Virus record (IMG/VR): IMGVR_UViG_3300023174_003623 | Coordinates: 64,001 to 128,000 of that record | Length of the DNA stretch: 64,000 nt | From: a virus | Reading direction: 5' to 3' (one strand) | Shown here: positions 61,165 to 64,000 of the stretch, piece by piece | Layout of the letters: each line of letters opens with the position of its first letter | Numbering within the stretch: the stretch's first letter is position 1 | The notes under the pieces: model-generated | What the model saw: only the letters and a program-made list of their open reading frames with translations | Database searches by the model: none | What the model was told of the DNA's origin: nothing | Program-made: the position numbers and the translations under genes

Positions 61165-61866
61165 ATGTTTGAACATGCAAAAAGTAATTTTATTGTTGTT
61201 TTTAAAAATTTTAAAAGATATGATTGCTTAGAGTTGTCTATAAAAACTACTAAACATTTTATACCTGAAAGTGATATTTTTTGTGTTGACATGATGGGTG
61301 AACAATATTCAGAATCTTTTAAAGATTTAATTCCTCTCCCTAAATCTCAAATTTTTAATCGCCCCACAAAATACATAGCATCAAATCCACAATTTATAGA
61401 ATCGTGGAGACCTTATAATTGTTTATTTTTTTCCGAAGGATATAATACAATATTTGATATTTTTCAAAATTTCAATGGAAAAATTTTGGCAATAAATGAA
61501 GATCAATTTTTTACTAATGGTAATACGCTTAAAGAACTAAAGGAAAATGACTTTGATTTGGCATGGGCTAATTGGGTGTGGCCTGATGAAAACACTGTAA
61601 ATGGTAGCATATTATGTTTTAATCCAATTAAATGTAAAAACTTATTTCCTTTACCAGAAGAACCTACTTATGTAGATAAGCGTTTGTATGAACATATCAT
61701 GACTAAACATGAAGAACTGGACATAAAATTATATAAGATGAAAAATAGAGTGGGAGATAATTATATGCAAGATGGTATAAGAGTTACTATCGATAAAGGG
61801 TATTCTGAAAAACAACAAATGATAGAATACTTATCGTATAATTTACCATCGGTGCTTAATATATGA
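61165..61866 (+). CDS. Putative glycosyltransferase-like protein
   Basis: GAGGTG RBS; FSEGYN, ILAINED.FF, NGSILCFN pattern; located in the sugar gene cluster. Confidence 0.45.
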   Translation: MFEHAKSNFIVVFKNFKRYDCLELSIKTTKHFIPESDIFCVDMMGEQYSESFKDLIPLPKSQIFNRPTKYIASNPQFIESWRPYNCLFFSEGYNTIFDIFQNFNGKILAINEDQFFTNGNTLKELKENDFDLAWANWVWPDENTVNGSILCFNPIKCKNLFPLPEEPTYVDKRLYEHIMTKHEELDIKLYKMKNRVGDNYMQDGIRVTIDKGYSEKQQMIEYLSYNLPSVLNI

Positions 61867-62621
61867 AAAAACCATTTATTCTTTTAATTGGCGATAATTG
61901 CCGTGATATCTATTATTATGGCAATGTAAATCGAATTAGTCCAGAAGCTCCTGTTCCTATTTTAGATTCTTCTTTTAAAGAAGAAAAATATGGAATGGCA
62001 GGTAATGTATGGCACAATTTAGAAAAACTTGGTTGTGATATTGTATTCCTCACTTCTGGGCGGTCTTCAAAAACTCGATTTATTGATGTTAAAACCAATC
62101 AGCATTTAATTCGATTTGATGAAGATCCAAAACGAGAGCCAGTCAAATTACCTTCTTTACATTCCAACACATCTGTATTTGACGCAATAGTAATTTCTGA
62201 TTATGATAAAGGTTCTGTTACTTACGATACCATTGATTATATTAAAACTTATTATGATGGTCCAATTTTCATAGATACTAAGAAAAAAGATCTTGCCCGA
62301 TTTGAAGGTATGTATGTCAAGATTAATCAAAAAGAATATGAAGATGCTATCTCTTATCCAGAAGAACATTTGATTACAACTTTAGGTGATATTGGAGCGT
62401 CGTATAAAGGTAAATTGTATGGAACTAAAAGTATAGATAAGTTTGATGTATGTGGTGCTGGTGACACTTTCTTTGCTTCTTTGATTTATAAGTTTCTCTT
62501 TACAAAAGACATAGAACAAAGTATAATTTTTGCAAACGCAGCAAGTGCTGTAACAGTCCAACATAATGGAGTATATTCACCATCAATAAGTGAAATTGAA
62601 GAGGTATTAAATGACAAGTAA
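61863..62621 (+). CDS. hldA: Heptose-7-phosphate kinase (HldE/RfaE kinase domain, PfkB family)
   Basis: IGD...D.Y.YG...RISPEAPVP, G.A.NV..NL..LG, SDYDKG, DVCGAGDTF, FAN.A. Confidence 0.9.
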   Translation: MKKPFILLIGDNCRDIYYYGNVNRISPEAPVPILDSSFKEEKYGMAGNVWHNLEKLGCDIVFLTSGRSSKTRFIDVKTNQHLIRFDEDPKREPVKLPSLHSNTSVFDAIVISDYDKGSVTYDTIDYIKTYYDGPIFIDTKKKDLARFEGMYVKINQKEYEDAISYPEEHLITTLGDIGASYKGKLYGTKSIDKFDVCGAGDTFFASLIYKFLFTKDIEQSIIFANAASAVTVQHNGVYSPSISEIEEVLNDK

Positions 62622-63453
62622 ATTAGGGATAATTCAACTGCGAGGTGGTGGAGATTGTTTAATTACACTTCCTATTGCAAAACATTTTTATGATAAGGGA
62701 CATGAAGTTTATTGGGTAATCGATGGTGCTTTTCAAAAGGCATTTCAATATGCCGCCCCTTATGTAAATTTTCTTCCTTTATCAGTAGAAGAAAAGTCAA
62801 TTCAATCTAATATTCGCAATCCATATTGGTTTGAGACACCGAGGCAAATGTTATTGGATGAAGGATGTTCTGAAATAATAAGTTTTCCGTATGAAGAAAT
62901 CTTACACTTTTCAAAAATTGGCATGCCTTCTCGATTGATTGATCCAGTTCCAATTCGTGCTAAAGAACTTGGTCTACCTTTCCATACTACATTTGATCAA
63001 TTTAAATATGCTGCAACAAGTGTTCCTTTTGAAAAAAAATGGAATCTTGACATTCGACGTAATCTTAAACAAGAAAAAGAATTATATGATCGTTTGGTTT
63101 GGGATAAGGCTGGTCCATATATTATTGCTCACACTTCTGGTGCGATGGGAAGAATTAAGTATGAACTTGATTTAAGAAATTTTGCTATTAATATTGGTTT
63201 AGCTGAAGCACAGATTATTGAAATAAGCGATTTAACTGACAACATTTTTGATTGGATTACTCTTATTGAAAAGAGTGCATGTTTTGTTGGAATTGATTCA
63301 TTTTTTGTGAATTTGGTAGAGCAACTTCAAATGAAAATAAGAAAGTTTTTCATTCGTCGATCACCTACTAATTTTACACCAGTATTAAAAGGTACTTGGG
63401 ATTATTTGCCGATTTCATTGGCTACCGATCAGCCACACGATCTACAGTTTTAA
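62611..63453 (+). CDS. GT9-like (heptosyltransferase-like) glycosyltransferase
   Basis: GGGD.LITLP N-terminal motif; LIE....FVGIDS...NL C-terminal motif; adjacent to the heptose kinase. Confidence 0.65.
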   Translation: MTSKLGIIQLRGGGDCLITLPIAKHFYDKGHEVYWVIDGAFQKAFQYAAPYVNFLPLSVEEKSIQSNIRNPYWFETPRQMLLDEGCSEIISFPYEEILHFSKIGMPSRLIDPVPIRAKELGLPFHTTFDQFKYAATSVPFEKKWNLDIRRNLKQEKELYDRLVWDKAGPYIIAHTSGAMGRIKYELDLRNFAINIGLAEAQIIEISDLTDNIFDWITLIEKSACFVGIDSFFVNLVEQLQMKIRKFFIRRSPTNFTPVLKGTWDYLPISLATDQPHDLQF

Positions 63454-63464
63454 GAGGTAACAGT

Positions 63465-63641
63465 ATGAAATATGATAAAAATTATAAGATGAATAAAATG
63501 ACTAAGATAATGCTTAGTTTAATGCCTGATCAAAGCAGTTATTCTTTAGTAAAAAAGGCATTTATTGAAGCTGAACAACATGCTTTTAATTCTAAAAAGA
63601 AAATGTCAGTTAAACATATACCATCCGATACAGAAGAATAA
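63465..63641 (+). CDS. Hypothetical protein
   Basis: GAGG RBS; 58 aa. Confidence 0.5.
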   Translation: MKYDKNYKMNKMTKIMLSLMPDQSSYSLVKKAFIEAEQHAFNSKKKMSVKHIPSDTEE

Positions 63642-63668
63642 GATTTAATATATAGAAAATGTATTTCA

Positions 63669-63676
63669 TATAAATA
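63669..63676 (+). promoter_or_regulatory. T4-type late promoter
   Basis: TATAAATA upstream of ORF 63716. Confidence 0.7.
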
Positions 63677-63715
63677 TCAATATCTTATACTCACTGCTTT
63701 TATAGAGGAACTACC

Positions 63716-64000
63716 ATGGCAAAGAAGTTTACGCAATTTGTTCAAGAAGCCCATATCAAGACAATCAATGAAGACGAACTTACTCATTTTATAAATGAAT
63801 TGGTTGAAGAACATGATTTGACTGAAGAAGAAACTCAAGAAGTGCTTGACGAACTTTTTGGAATTGGTAGCACATTGAAACGAGTTGGTAGTGTTGTAGC
63901 TTCCCCATTCAAACATGTTGGTGCATGGGTTAAAGGGAAAGTAGATAAAGCAAAATCTGGTATTCATGCTTTAAAAGTTAAATCTCGTGCAGCAGATATA
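63716..64000 (+). CDS. Putative internal head protein, 3' truncated (not in ORF track)
   Basis: GAGGA RBS; open frame to the window end: MAKKFTQFVQEAHIKTINEDE...VLDELFGIGSTLKRVGSVVASPFKHVGAW... Confidence 0.7.
   Translation, partial: MAKKFTQFVQEAHIKTINEDELTHFINELVEEHDLTEEETQEVLDELFGIGSTLKRVGSVVASPFKHVGAWVKGKVDKAKSGIHALKVKSRAADI

Overview
AT-rich (roughly one-third GC) segment of a T4-like myophage genome with the gene order of aquatic/soil T4-like phages such as cyano-, pelagi- and alphaproteobacterial myoviruses. Almost everything is on the + strand. Order: gp8 baseplate end, VrlC-like pair, a 13 kb repeat-rich tail-fibre/adhesin block, g13-g23 morphogenesis core, g3, uvsY/uvsW, g55, g47/g46, peptide deformylase, dCMP deaminase, g45/g44/g62, regA, hsp20, a GH19 endolysin (the only - strand gene), g43, uvsX, g41, two tRNAs and a heptose/glycosyltransferase island. 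The strongest find is a fractured uvsX recombinase. It is encoded as two ORFs carrying the N and C halves of a naturally split intein, with a MobE-like HNH endonuclease between them, so full-length UvsX (354 aa) should form only by protein trans-splicing. Other notable signals: (1) a family of proteins with T4 capsid-targeting-like leaders (a GP88/radical-SAM-like protein, a GNAT-like protein, a 12-repeat solenoid and a cationic-helix protein), probably an injected effector set; (2) a ROSE-like RNA thermometer before hsp20; (3) late-promoter/RBS-hairpin switches on the endonucleases; (4) crossed g43 and lysin promoters; (5) duplicated glycine-rich adhesins; (6) ADP-heptose pathway genes alongside virion proteins rich in small-residue-Asn motifs. 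All family calls come from motif recognition and synteny; no searches were run.
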